A DNA stretch of 64,000 nucleotides from Candidatus Omnitrophota bacterium (GTDB lineage: Bacteria; Omnitrophota; Gorgyraeia; Gygaellales; Profunditerraquicolaceae), in assembly GCA_016867115.1 (NCBI GenBank), contig VGKG01000003.1:64673-128672 (forward strand), read 5' to 3'. This document shows, piece after piece, positions 45,367 to 55,197 of the stretch. Both the position numbers and the translations under genes were made by a program. Position 1 is the first letter of the stretch. Each line of letters starts with the position of its first letter. The notes beneath the pieces are model-generated. The model had not been told where the DNA came from and ran no database searches. It saw only the letters and a program-made list of their open reading frames with translations.

Positions 45367-45864
45367 ATGAAAAGATTGTTTATAGACTTAGATGTCTGCA
45401 ATAAATGCGAGGAGTGTAAGGTAACTTGCGACTATTTTTATCATCCGCAGAATAACGGGATCACGTCGCTGCGCGAGTATGCCACCTTTGCGACGATCTG
45501 CCGGCACTGTGAAGAAGCGCCCTGCGTCAACGCCTGTTACCATAACGCACTTGAGCGAGCCGCTGACGGCCACATCAAGCGCTACAAGATGCGCTGCACC
45601 AGCTGTAAAAGTTGCTCGGTAGCCTGCCCTTTTGGAGTGATCTTCCAGGATTTTATCCCTTATCTTGATTCCCGCTGCGATTACTGCACGGGCGAGACTA
45701 AGGAGCTGCCGAAGTGCCTCTCTACCTGCCCGGAAAAGGCAATTGAGGTCAAAGAAGTGGCTGAAGACCCGGAAAAGGATATCTATCTTGTGGGTGAGCA
45801 TCTGGCAGTGCATTCGCTCAAGTGGTCAAGGGAGGATGTGCAGCCTGCGCCGAAAAAAAGATGA
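45367..45864 (+). CDS. Polyferredoxin-type 4Fe-4S subunit (HycB/HyfA-like)
   Basis: Four Cys clusters: CNKCEECKVTC, CRHCEEAPCVNAC, CTSCKSCSVACP, CDYCTG...C. Confidence 0.6.
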   Translation: MKRLFIDLDVCNKCEECKVTCDYFYHPQNNGITSLREYATFATICRHCEEAPCVNACYHNALERAADGHIKRYKMRCTSCKSCSVACPFGVIFQDFIPYLDSRCDYCTGETKELPKCLSTCPEKAIEVKEVAEDPEKDIYLVGEHLAVHSLKWSREDVQPAPKKR

Positions 45865-46772
45865 AACTGCTGTTCGACTATCTAGTATTCCCCGGTTTTA
45901 TATTTAGCGCCTGTGTCGGCCTCATGGCCGGCTGGGTGGACAGGAAGGTTACTGCCAGGCTCCAGTGGCGCATAGGCCCGCCCTGGCATCAGAACTTCAC
46001 GGATATTTTAAAACTGCTCGGCAAGGAGACAATCGTTCCTGCCGGCACAAAGGCGACATTCCTACTGGCACCTTTTCTGGGCCTGGGCAGCCTGATCCTG
46101 GCAGCAACAATTCTTGGCCTCTCCGTAAGGAACCCCTTAGAGAGTTTTATCGGCGATCTGATCGTGGTCGTATATCTATTGACTATTCCGGCGATCTCCC
46201 TGATCATCGGAGCCTCCAGTTCCCAGAACCCTCTGGCTTCAGTCGGGGCTTCGCGGGAGATGAAGATGATTTTGGCTTATGAATTGCCGTTCATTCTGTC
46301 TATTGTCGCGGTGATTGTAAAAAGCTCAGGCGCAATAGAACTTGGCCAGATCTTGAACCACCAGCTTAATTCCGGTTCCAATATTTTTTCCTGGTCAGGG
46401 GCGCTTGCCTTTCTGGTCGCCATCTTGTGTATGCAGGCAAAGCTTGGGCTCGTCCCTTTTGATGCTTCAGAGGCAGAGCAGGAGATCATGGGAGGTACAT
46501 TGATCGAATATTCGGGCGCCCCCCTCGCAGTATTTAAATTGACCAAGGCGGTTATGCTCTACACCATGCCGTTTTTTCTGATCGTCCTGTTTCTGGGCAG
46601 GGATCTTAGTCCCCTGTTTATGATCGCAAAATACGCGATGCTCCTTGTGGTTATAGTACTGATCAAGAATACTAACCCGCGGCTGCGCATCGATCAGGCA
46701 TTAAGGTTTTTCTGGAGATTTCCGACGTTACTGGCTTTGATCGCCGTGATCCTGGCTTTATTCGGTAAGTAA
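45861..46772 (+). CDS. Membrane subunit MbhM/HycD/NuoH-like
   Basis: NuoH-family TM pattern; ATGA-coupled. Confidence 0.75.
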   Translation: MKLLFDYLVFPGFIFSACVGLMAGWVDRKVTARLQWRIGPPWHQNFTDILKLLGKETIVPAGTKATFLLAPFLGLGSLILAATILGLSVRNPLESFIGDLIVVVYLLTIPAISLIIGASSSQNPLASVGASREMKMILAYELPFILSIVAVIVKSSGAIELGQILNHQLNSGSNIFSWSGALAFLVAILCMQAKLGLVPFDASEAEQEIMGGTLIEYSGAPLAVFKLTKAVMLYTMPFFLIVLFLGRDLSPLFMIAKYAMLLVVIVLIKNTNPRLRIDQALRFFWRFPTLLALIAVILALFGK

Positions 46773-46773
46773 G

Positions 46774-47199
46774 ATGAGCTGGAAGATAAAAGCGCTAACT
46801 AAATCCATCTGGGTTTTTCACCTGAGCGTAGGTTCCTGCAACAACTGCGATATCGAGATCCTGGATTGCCTGACGCCCCGTTTTGATGTAGAGCGTTTCG
46901 GCATCCAGCTCATCGGTTCACCGCGCCACGCGGACGCGTTACTGGTCACTGGAGTCGCCACAAGGAAGAACATCCCGCGCATGAAAAAGATCTACGAACA
47001 GGTGCCTAAGCCCTGTGTAGTCATTGCCGTGGGCCAGTGTGCGATCTCGCAGCACATGTTCAGGTTCGGCTACAATGCGCCGCTTCCGGTGGATAAGATC
47101 CTTCCCGTGGACCTCTATATCCCCGGCTGCCCGCCGAAGCCTGAGGCGATGATCGACGGGATCGTGAAATTGGTGACTAAATTAAGAAAGGCAAAGTAA
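46774..47199 (+). CDS. [NiFe] hydrogenase small subunit, NuoB-like (MbhJ)
   Basis: GSCNNCDIE, GQCA and GCPP proximal-cluster Cys motifs. Confidence 0.8.
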   Translation: MSWKIKALTKSIWVFHLSVGSCNNCDIEILDCLTPRFDVERFGIQLIGSPRHADALLVTGVATRKNIPRMKKIYEQVPKPCVVIAVGQCAISQHMFRFGYNAPLPVDKILPVDLYIPGCPPKPEAMIDGIVKLVTKLRKAK

Positions 47200-47633
47200 T
47201 GGACGTAAGAAGCGCGATAAAAGATAAACTGGGCAATAAGATCATCGATTGGCAGGAAAAATCGACGCGGCGGAGCTACTTTAGCATCAAAAAAGAGCAC
47301 ATCCTCGAGACGGTAAAATTACTCTTTCACACCCTGGGCCTAAGATTCTCTATCGCCTCGGCTACAGATATGCCAGAAGGCCTTGAGATCCTCTACCATT
47401 TCAGTTTCGACGCGGCGGGTGAGTTTTATTCGGTGCGGGTGATCATCCCGGATAAGGCGCATCCCGAGGTGGATTCTATTACTCCGTTATTCCCGGGCGC
47501 TGAGTGGATCGAACGCGAGATGTGGGAACTCTTAGGGATCAATTTCAAGGGGCATCCGAATCTGAAGAGGCTGCTTTTGAGCGAAGACTGGCCGGAAGGC
47601 GAATATCCGTTGAGGCATAAAGATGAGTCATAA
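47199..47633 (+). CDS. NuoC-like 30-kDa subunit (MbhK)
   Basis: NuoC-family fold; E-x-E-x-W-E-L-LGI motif. Confidence 0.75.
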   Translation: MDVRSAIKDKLGNKIIDWQEKSTRRSYFSIKKEHILETVKLLFHTLGLRFSIASATDMPEGLEILYHFSFDAAGEFYSVRVIIPDKAHPEVDSITPLFPGAEWIEREMWELLGINFKGHPNLKRLLLSEDWPEGEYPLRHKDES

Positions 47634-48816
47634 AGTCATCGTACCCATAGGGCCGTATCATCCACTGCAGGAAGAGCCGGAGTTTTTCCAGCTTTATGTG
47701 GAGGGAGAAAAGGTCGTCGATATCGATATCATCATCGGGTATAATCACCGCGGCATTGAGAAGCTCTCCGAGTCCAAGCACATTGACCAGGTGCCTTTCC
47801 TGGTCGAGCGCATCTGCGGGATCTGCTCTTCCAGCCACCCTTACGCCTATGTGCTGGCAGTAGAGGACATCTTAGGAGGAGAGGCAAGCGTTGTACCGGA
47901 GAGGGCCCTCTATATCCGCACTATTATTGATGAATTACAAAGGATTCACAGCCACCTGTTGTGGCTGGGTCTTGCCGGCCATTTCATAGGTTATAATACG
48001 GTCTGGATGTGGGCCTGGAAATACCGCGAGCCGGTGCTGGACATGTTTGAGATGGTTACCGGAAACCGGAATAACTACGCCATGTTTAAGGTCGGCGGAG
48101 TGCGCCGGGATATTAAAGACGAGGACATTCCGGTATTAAAGAAGGCCCTGGATGATTTAGTCCCTGCCCTTGGAATGTTTCGCGGTGCGGTAATGGATGA
48201 TCCGGTAATCCAGGCGCGCCTGAAAAACGTCGGAGTCTTAACCAAAGAGCAGGCCATTGACTGGTGCGTGATCGGCCCCACGGCCCGCGCCTCGGGAGTA
48301 AATATCGATGTCAGGAGAGATGAGCCCTATGGGGTTACGGATAAGATCAACTGGAACGTGATCGTTGAAAAAGAGGGAGACATCTTTTCCAAGACCGTGG
48401 TCAGGATTCTTGAGATGTATGAAAGCGTGAGCATGATCCGGCAGTGCCTGGATAAGATGCCTAAAGGCAGCATTGATGCCGATATCCAGGATATTCCTCC
48501 TGGTGAGGGAATCGGCAGGGTTGAGGCGCCGCGGGGTGAGTGCTTTCACTACGTAAAAACCGACGGGACGAACCGGCTGATCCGGCATAAGGTGCGCGCG
48601 CCCAGCTTCATGAATGTCGCCTCAAATAAAGTGGCGGCGGTGGGCGGGACAATTTCAGATGCCACCATTACCCTGGCTGCGGTCGATCCCTGCTATTGCT
48701 GCACCGAGCGCGTGGCGGTCATCAATAAGATAGATAATAAAAAGATCCTGAACGGCTGGGACCTGATCAGGCTCTCCCAGGAAAAAACCCAAAAATTAAA
48801 GCTTCAGAAGAGATAG
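47623..48816 (+). CDS. Group 4 [NiFe] hydrogenase large subunit (MbhL/EchE/NuoD-like) with intact Ni-binding cysteines
   Basis: N-terminal RICGICSSSH and C-terminal DPCYCCTER CxxC pairs retained. Confidence 0.85.
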   Translation: MSHKVIVPIGPYHPLQEEPEFFQLYVEGEKVVDIDIIIGYNHRGIEKLSESKHIDQVPFLVERICGICSSSHPYAYVLAVEDILGGEASVVPERALYIRTIIDELQRIHSHLLWLGLAGHFIGYNTVWMWAWKYREPVLDMFEMVTGNRNNYAMFKVGGVRRDIKDEDIPVLKKALDDLVPALGMFRGAVMDDPVIQARLKNVGVLTKEQAIDWCVIGPTARASGVNIDVRRDEPYGVTDKINWNVIVEKEGDIFSKTVVRILEMYESVSMIRQCLDKMPKGSIDADIQDIPPGEGIGRVEAPRGECFHYVKTDGTNRLIRHKVRAPSFMNVASNKVAAVGGTISDATITLAAVDPCYCCTERVAVINKIDNKKILNGWDLIRLSQEKTQKLKLQKR

Positions 48817-48820
48817 ACAT

Positions 48821-49438
48821 ATGGAAAATCTATCCGCGATAAAGGAAAAGATTAATGAAATGGCAGCCCTGGTTGTATCAATGCTTGAGGCAACCTTCAA
48901 AGGGTTCATGAAGCATGATATAAAAATCCTTACCCGCGTATTAAAAGATGAAGACGCGCTGAATAAGACGGAAGAAGCCCTTACTGCATCTTTGGTGAAT
49001 CTCTCCAAAGGCGCTACGTCTGATACGGAGAGAGAAAATATCGCGCGCCTCTCCGACATAGTTACGGATCTGGAAGAGATCGGGGATTATATCAAAGATA
49101 TGGTTGAGAGGATTGAGATAAAGATAGAAGAGAAGCTCCTCTTTAGCGAAGAGGCATTGGATGAATACAAGCACGTTTACCGGGTGATTGAAACTGCGCT
49201 CTACGATATAGTAAACTCATTAAAACTGAATGATAAGAATTTTGCCCAGAGGATTTTAAGCGATGAGGGCCATGTGGATAGGCTGGCGCAGGAATACAGG
49301 CAGGCGCATACAGAGAGGCTCATTGCCGGAAAATGCGACCCCCGCGCCGGCAATATGTTTGTCGATCTTCTTGATTTTGCAGCCCAGATCTCTCACCATG
49401 CGATATCCGCGGCCAAGAGCATCCTGAAATTAAAATGA
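48821..49438 (+). CDS. PhoU-domain protein (two PhoU repeats) embedded in the hydrogenase operon
   Basis: 205 aa helical protein with duplicated E-x3-D PhoU-like motifs. Confidence 0.5.
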   Translation: MENLSAIKEKINEMAALVVSMLEATFKGFMKHDIKILTRVLKDEDALNKTEEALTASLVNLSKGATSDTERENIARLSDIVTDLEEIGDYIKDMVERIEIKIEEKLLFSEEALDEYKHVYRVIETALYDIVNSLKLNDKNFAQRILSDEGHVDRLAQEYRQAHTERLIAGKCDPRAGNMFVDLLDFAAQISHHAISAAKSILKLK

Positions 49439-51099
49439 TAGACTCTTTATACCCTTTATTTAAAGTGGACACCCTGAACGGCTTCGTGGCCCTGGCAGCC
49501 GGATTATTTACCGTTCTGACAGTGATTTTCTCTCTCAGGTTCATGAAGGGTAAGCCCGGGCTTACCCGGTATTATACCTATATTATAATGACCGCGGTCG
49601 CCTCTGCGGCGGCGGTCCTTTCCAATAACCTGATCTTACTCCTGGCCTGCTGGGGATTTCTCGGCCTGACCCTATATCTTCTGATTCTGACGAATAACGA
49701 TGCCGGCCTGATAGCAAAGAAAACCTTCATTATTGTGGGCGGCTCGGACGCCCTGATGCTTCTGGGGATAGGCATCATCTATTATCTTTCCGGTACGGTC
49801 CAGATGGACGAGATCAGTATTCCTTTGACCGGAGGCTCTCAGCTTCTGGCCGTCGTTGCTTATGTTTCGATCGCCATCGCCTGCTTCGCCAAAGCCGGGG
49901 CCATGCCTTTTCATTCCTGGATCCCGGATTGCGCGAAACTTGCGCCTGTGCCGGTAGTAGCATTTCTGCCTGCCTCCCTGGATAAATTATTGGGCATTTA
50001 CCTGTTGGCTAGGATCTCCCTCAATCTATTCGTGATGAGCGAGGCGATGAATATCTTCCTGATGCTGATCGGCGCCATCACCATCATCGCCGCGGTAATG
50101 ATGGCTTTGATCCAGCATAATATGAAGAAGCTCCTGGGTTACCATGCGGTTTCCCAGGTCGGATACATGGTTTTAGGTATCGGTACCGGAACACCCATCG
50201 GTATTGCGGGCGGGCTATTCCACATGCTGAATAATGCCGTATATAAATCCTGCCTCTTTCTGACCAGCGGTAACGTGGAGTATCGCACAGAGACTACTGA
50301 GCTGGATGAGCTGGGAGGCTTAAGCAGGGCCATGCCCCTGACTTATTTTGCCTGTTTAATTGCCAGCCTCTCTATCTCGGGTATCCCGCCTTTTAACGGC
50401 TTTGTCTCCAAGTGGATGGTCTATCAGGGGCTTATCGAACAGGCGGGGAGCTCCGGTTTCGTAATACGCTTTACGGCCGTTTTCTGCCTGGTGGCAGCCA
50501 TGTTTGGCTCAGGCCTGACCCTGGCCAGCTTTATGAAATTGATCCATGCCACATATCTTAGCCGCCAGCCCGACGCATTGAAGGCCAGAAAAATAAGCGA
50601 GGTTCCCTGGACGATGTGGCTTCCCTGCCTGGTCTTGGCGCTGATCTGTATTGTCTTTGGCGTCTTTGCCAATCAGCTGCCGCTTAAATACTTTATCCTT
50701 CCGGCAGTAGAAGGAGTATCCTTTATCGGGAGCTGGTATTCAGGATTGGCGACTTTGCTTATCGTCATCGGCCTCATCCTCGGTATTTTCGCCTTTAGGT
50801 TAAAAGGGCTGAAGCCCCTTGTCCGGGTAGATAGTGCCTGTGTGGGCGGAGAAGAACTTGACCTGGCTGCCAGCCGGGTTACCGGAACGGAATTTTATAA
50901 TACCATCAGGGACTTAGGCCCTTTAAAAAGGATTTATGCAAAAGCCGAAGCAGGCATTTTTGATATCTATGAGCAGGGAAAGGCCGCTGTTTTCAGTGTG
51001 GGGAAATTCCTGCAGTATCTGCATAACGGTATTTTACCGACGTACCTGGTCTGGACGCTTTTAGGGATGATCCTTTTATTTTTTATCCTGGTGAGATAA
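49435..51099 (+). CDS. Mrp antiporter-type subunit, NuoL/M/N family (MbhH-like)
   Basis: 14-TM antiporter-like fold; HMLNNAVYKSCLFL and GIPPFNGF motifs. Confidence 0.75.
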   Translation: MIDSLYPLFKVDTLNGFVALAAGLFTVLTVIFSLRFMKGKPGLTRYYTYIIMTAVASAAAVLSNNLILLLACWGFLGLTLYLLILTNNDAGLIAKKTFIIVGGSDALMLLGIGIIYYLSGTVQMDEISIPLTGGSQLLAVVAYVSIAIACFAKAGAMPFHSWIPDCAKLAPVPVVAFLPASLDKLLGIYLLARISLNLFVMSEAMNIFLMLIGAITIIAAVMMALIQHNMKKLLGYHAVSQVGYMVLGIGTGTPIGIAGGLFHMLNNAVYKSCLFLTSGNVEYRTETTELDELGGLSRAMPLTYFACLIASLSISGIPPFNGFVSKWMVYQGLIEQAGSSGFVIRFTAVFCLVAAMFGSGLTLASFMKLIHATYLSRQPDALKARKISEVPWTMWLPCLVLALICIVFGVFANQLPLKYFILPAVEGVSFIGSWYSGLATLLIVIGLILGIFAFRLKGLKPLVRVDSACVGGEELDLAASRVTGTEFYNTIRDLGPLKRIYAKAEAGIFDIYEQGKAAVFSVGKFLQYLHNGILPTYLVWTLLGMILLFFILVR

Positions 51100-51629
51100 T
51101 GGAACTACACCTGCTTTTACTCTTTATGATCATAACGGCCATCATCGCCATCGAGGTAAAGGACCTTTTATCCAGTGTCGTGGCCGTGGGCGCAGTGGGT
51201 TTTGCCCTTTGTGTCGCCTTTCTGATCCTGAAAGCGCCGGACCTGGCCATTACCCAGCTTGTGGTTGAGATCCTCTGCCTGATCATCCTGATCCGGGCGA
51301 CCATAAAGAAGGATTTGCCGCTGGTGATTGAAGGCCGCTGGGTCTTCAATACGGTCTCGACGGTGGTCTTTGTCGCGGTCTTTCTTTTCTTTGCCTATGC
51401 TGCACTCCGGGAACTTCCCCAGTTCGGTGAGCCGATGATGTCGGTGGTCAAAAAATATCTGGAAGAGGGGACGAGTGAGACCGGAGCGGTAAATCTGGTT
51501 ACTGCCGTGATCCTTGATTTTCGCGCCTATGATACGCTGGGAGAAGCCACGGTTCTATTTACCGCGGTGATCGGCATTATGGCGGTGCTTCGGCCTCGGG
51601 GAAGAAAAAAAGTTGAGGAGAAGGAATAA
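51099..51629 (+). CDS. MnhB-related membrane subunit (DUF4040 / MbhD-E-like)
   Basis: Hydrophobic 176 aa; position within the Mrp module. Confidence 0.5.
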   Translation: MELHLLLLFMIITAIIAIEVKDLLSSVVAVGAVGFALCVAFLILKAPDLAITQLVVEILCLIILIRATIKKDLPLVIEGRWVFNTVSTVVFVAVFLFFAYAALRELPQFGEPMMSVVKKYLEEGTSETGAVNLVTAVILDFRAYDTLGEATVLFTAVIGIMAVLRPRGRKKVEEKE

Positions 51630-52078
51630 TGGCCTTTGAGCAAAAAAGCGGGATGTCTCTGATCGTTAAGACCATTACCCGCCTGACCGTCGGCCTGATC
51701 TTAATCTTTGGCATTTACATAGTCTTGCACGGGCACCTGTCTCCCGGCGGCGGATTTGCCGGAGGCGTGATCATTGCCCTGGCCTTTGTGCACCTGATGC
51801 TTGCCTTTGGCAAAGACGCCGTCACTACCAGGATCTCTAAAGAGATGGCTTCAAATCTTGAGAGTATCGGCGCGCTCATGTTCCTGGTCATCGCCCTGAT
51901 CGGTTATTTCGGAGGTTCATTCTTTCTGAATATCCTGAGCAAAGGTACTCCGTTTGAGCTGTTTAGTTCCGGTACTATTCCCTTAAGTAACGCCGCAATC
52001 AGTTTAAAAGTAGGGGTAGGGCTATTTGCCATATTCCTGGCATTGGTGATATTAGAGGGGTCGAAGAGGGAGAAATGA
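51629..52078 (+). CDS. Mrp subunit B (MnhB)
   Basis: LSPGGGFAGG signature. Confidence 0.65.
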   Translation: MAFEQKSGMSLIVKTITRLTVGLILIFGIYIVLHGHLSPGGGFAGGVIIALAFVHLMLAFGKDAVTTRISKEMASNLESIGALMFLVIALIGYFGGSFFLNILSKGTPFELFSSGTIPLSNAAISLKVGVGLFAIFLALVILEGSKREK

Positions 52079-52413
52079 CGCTCTATTTATTGTGCCTGGC
52101 ATTGTTTTCTGTTGGCCTTTACGGGGTTTTACGTAAGCGTAACCTCGTAAAGATCATCATTGGCCTGGGGATCATCGAATATTCGATGAACCTCTTCTTT
52201 GTGCTCCTAGGTTACCGCTATCACGGCCGCGCGCCTATTGACGCCCAGGCCCAGGACATCCTGAATATGGTTGACCCGCTTCCCCAGGCGCTGGTACTTA
52301 CTTCGATCGTCATCGGCCTCGGGGTGACTGCATTAGTCATCTCTATTGCCATCAGGATTTACGAGAAGTACGGCACATTCGATATCACAAAGATCAAACG
52401 GCTAAAAGGCTAA
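52075..52413 (+). CDS. Mrp subunit C (NuoK-like)
   Basis: 112 aa, 3 TM helices, NuoK-like. Confidence 0.65.
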   Translation: MTLYLLCLALFSVGLYGVLRKRNLVKIIIGLGIIEYSMNLFFVLLGYRYHGRAPIDAQAQDILNMVDPLPQALVLTSIVIGLGVTALVISIAIRIYEKYGTFDITKIKRLKG

Positions 52414-53925
52414 ATGCAAAACGCAAATATCATTCCTTTGTTTGTGATTATACCGCTGGCAGCTGCTTTTCTGATCTCCCTGATCGGCAGATATGTGAGC
52501 CTGCGCTTCACTAATGCTATTTCGGGCCTGGCCTGTTTTATGCTTTTGGGATTCTCGCTTTACAGTGTATACGTATTGCAGGCCCAGGGCATCCCCGCCC
52601 TGGTTTACAAAGTCGGCGGCTGGGCTATACCCTTTGGTATATGCATGGTCCTTGACGGGCTGACTGCTTTTATGCTGGTCACCGTGAATCTGGTCGCTTT
52701 TTTTGTCAGTATTTATTCGCTCAGCTACATGGATAAATACACAGACCGGCCGAAGTTCTTTACTCTCTTTTTCCTGATGCTCACAGGAATGAACGGCCTG
52801 ATCGTGACCGGAGACCTGTTTAATCTTTTTGTCTTCCTTGAGATCGCCTCCATCGCCAGCTACGCCTTAGTCGCCTTCGGCACCGAGGCAGAAGAATTAG
52901 AGGCCTCTTTTAAATACGCGATCATGGGTTCAGTCGCCTCAAGTTTCATTTTTATCGGAATCGCCTTTTTATACGGCTTTACCTCTACCCTGAATATGGC
53001 GGATATGGCGCAGGTCCTGAACTCCAAGCCCAATCTCTGGGTAGTCCCTTTTGTTACCGTGCTCTTTTTAATGGGTTTTGGCTTAAAGGCAGCGATCGTG
53101 CCCTTCCATGCGTGGCTGCCGGATGCGCATCCGTCTGCTCCGGCCTCAATTTCTGCGATGCTCTCCGGAGTCCTGATCAAAACTCTCGGGGTCTATGCCA
53201 TGGTCAGGGTCTTCTTTAATGTCCTGGGCGTAAGCCAGGCGGTCTTATCTATGTTGATGTTTCTGGGCGCGCTCTCCATGCTGGTAGCGGTCTTTTTGGC
53301 GGTTTCGCAGTGGGACTTAAAGCGGCTCTTGGCCTACCACTCTATCAGCCAGATCGGTTATGTGATTTTAGGTATAGGCCTCGGTACGCCTTTAGGGATC
53401 CTAGGCGGCCTTTTTCATTTGTTCAATCATTCGGTATTTAAATCCCTCCTTTTTTTAAATTCCGGTTCAATAGATTACGCTGTCGGCACGCGCGACTTAA
53501 ACGAAATGGGCGGCTTAAAAGAGAAGATGCCGCTTACCAGCAGCACAAATCTGGTCGCCTCCATGTCTATTGCCGGGATTCCGCCTTTTAACGGGTTTTT
53601 CAGCAAATTGATCATTATTTTTGCCTGCCTTCAGAAAGGCTATTTAGGCTATGCCGTGGCTGCGGTGATCGGCTCGCTTCTGACCCTGGCCAGCTTTATG
53701 AAGGTGCAGAAGTACGCCTTTTTAGGTACCCTGAAAGAAAAATACAGCCAGATAAAGGAAGTGCCTCTGGCCATGCAATTCTCTATGATTTGTTTAGCCA
53801 TTATTTGTATCCTCGGCGGTTTACTCTTATTGCCTGCGCTTAAGTTCTTCCTGAATGACGCTGTGAATGTGCTCCTGGAGGGCAGGGAATATGCCCGGGT
53901 AGTTATGGGATTGAGCGGAAGATGA
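52414..53925 (+). CDS. Mrp subunit D (NuoM/N-like antiporter)
   Basis: FHAWLPDAHP and GIPPFNGF motifs. Confidence 0.75.
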   Translation: MQNANIIPLFVIIPLAAAFLISLIGRYVSLRFTNAISGLACFMLLGFSLYSVYVLQAQGIPALVYKVGGWAIPFGICMVLDGLTAFMLVTVNLVAFFVSIYSLSYMDKYTDRPKFFTLFFLMLTGMNGLIVTGDLFNLFVFLEIASIASYALVAFGTEAEELEASFKYAIMGSVASSFIFIGIAFLYGFTSTLNMADMAQVLNSKPNLWVVPFVTVLFLMGFGLKAAIVPFHAWLPDAHPSAPASISAMLSGVLIKTLGVYAMVRVFFNVLGVSQAVLSMLMFLGALSMLVAVFLAVSQWDLKRLLAYHSISQIGYVILGIGLGTPLGILGGLFHLFNHSVFKSLLFLNSGSIDYAVGTRDLNEMGGLKEKMPLTSSTNLVASMSIAGIPPFNGFFSKLIIIFACLQKGYLGYAVAAVIGSLLTLASFMKVQKYAFLGTLKEKYSQIKEVPLAMQFSMICLAIICILGGLLLLPALKFFLNDAVNVLLEGREYARVVMGLSGR

Positions 53926-54416
53926 AAAGCAAACTAGCCCTTTTTATCATCGGTTTTATCATCTGGATGCTTTTATCCTGGCCGCCGGATATCCAGCATG
54001 CCGTCGTAGGCATCTTTGTTTCTGGCCTGGCCGCCTTCTTAACCGGAGATTTATTTACCCGCCGGCCGCAACACTTTGCCGACATAAAGAGGTATTTGTG
54101 GTTCGGCTATTACATCCCGGTCTTTCTCTGGGAGTGCCTGAAGGCAAATATCGATGTGGCGCTACGCGTGCTTAGCCCGGGATTGCCGATAAACCCGGGG
54201 ATTGTGAAGGTAAAAACTACCCTTAAGTCCGACACCGGGCTGACCTTTCTGGCTAATTCTATCACCCTTACTCCCGGCACATTCTGTGTGGATATAAAAC
54301 CCGAAGAGGGCATCCTTTACATCCACTGGATCGACGTCAAGGCCCAGGATACCGAAAAGGCGACCCAGTTGATCGTGACCAAGTTTGAGAGTATCTTAAA
54401 GAGGATTTTTGAATAA
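53922..54416 (+). CDS. Mrp subunit E (MnhE)
   Basis: MnhE-family conserved blocks. Confidence 0.6.
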   Translation: MKSKLALFIIGFIIWMLLSWPPDIQHAVVGIFVSGLAAFLTGDLFTRRPQHFADIKRYLWFGYYIPVFLWECLKANIDVALRVLSPGLPINPGIVKVKTTLKSDTGLTFLANSITLTPGTFCVDIKPEEGILYIHWIDVKAQDTEKATQLIVTKFESILKRIFE

Positions 54417-54784
54417 TGGGTTATCGAAAGTACCTTTCCTGGTTTTTACTCTTTTTTCTGATTTCGGCAACATTATTCTTTATCGGTTTCTTTACCGTCC
54501 CTTCGCTTCTAGAATGGCAGTCGCCATTTCTGTCGCGCTGTTTCTTTATCCTGATGATCTGTTTTGCCTTATGCTTGATCCGGCTGATAGTCGGGCCTAC
54601 GCCGGCTGACCGGGCAGTGGCAGTGGACACCTTAGGGATCCTGATCGTAGGTTTTTGCGCTATCTTAAGTATCCCCACCGGAAGGGACTGGTACATTGAT
54701 ATTGCCATTGCCTGGGCATTGCAGAGCTTTATCGGCGCCTTGGCCCTGGCAAAATACCTGGAAGGAAGGGGTTTTGATGAGTAG
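54416..54784 (+). CDS. Mrp subunit F (MnhF)
   Basis: 3-TM MnhF pattern. Confidence 0.6.
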   Translation: MGYRKYLSWFLLFFLISATLFFIGFFTVPSLLEWQSPFLSRCFFILMICFALCLIRLIVGPTPADRAVAVDTLGILIVGFCAILSIPTGRDWYIDIAIAWALQSFIGALALAKYLEGRGFDE

Positions 54785-54789
54785 AATAA

Positions 54790-54829
54790 AGATTACACAG
54801 ATTAAAGAAATCAGATTACACAGATTAAA
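54790..54829 (+). repeat. Two perfect 17-nt direct repeats AGATTACACAGATTAAA in the mrpF-mrpG intercistronic gap
   Basis: Copies at 54790-54806 and 54813-54829. Confidence 0.8.
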
Positions 54830-54832
54830 AAA

Positions 54833-55162
54833 ATGATAGAGATCGTGGGATATATATTCATTATTATAGGCCTGGTCTTTGATATCTTTGGCTGTATCGG
54901 CCTTTTACGGCTGCCGGATGTTTATAACCGCCTGCAGGCGACGACAAAATGCGTGACTTTAGGCACCACAAGTATCCTTTTGGGGACCATGGTAATCAAA
55001 GGTTTTACTTCCACGGGAGTAAAGGCATTGCTTTGCATTGTCTTTTTGATTCTGACTGCGCCCGTGGCTGCCCATGCGCTTTCTCGCGGCGCCCATATTT
55101 CCGGGGTCAAGCTCTGGGAAAAATCTGTCTGCGACAAATACGCTGAAGACAAAAAGCAGTAG
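54833..55162 (+). CDS. Mrp subunit G (MnhG)
   Basis: MnhG-family pattern, 109 aa. Confidence 0.7.
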   Translation: MIEIVGYIFIIIGLVFDIFGCIGLLRLPDVYNRLQATTKCVTLGTTSILLGTMVIKGFTSTGVKALLCIVFLILTAPVAAHALSRGAHISGVKLWEKSVCDKYAEDKKQ

Positions 55163-55197
55163 TTAGCAGATAGCAGGTAGTAGTTAGGGAGAAGTAA

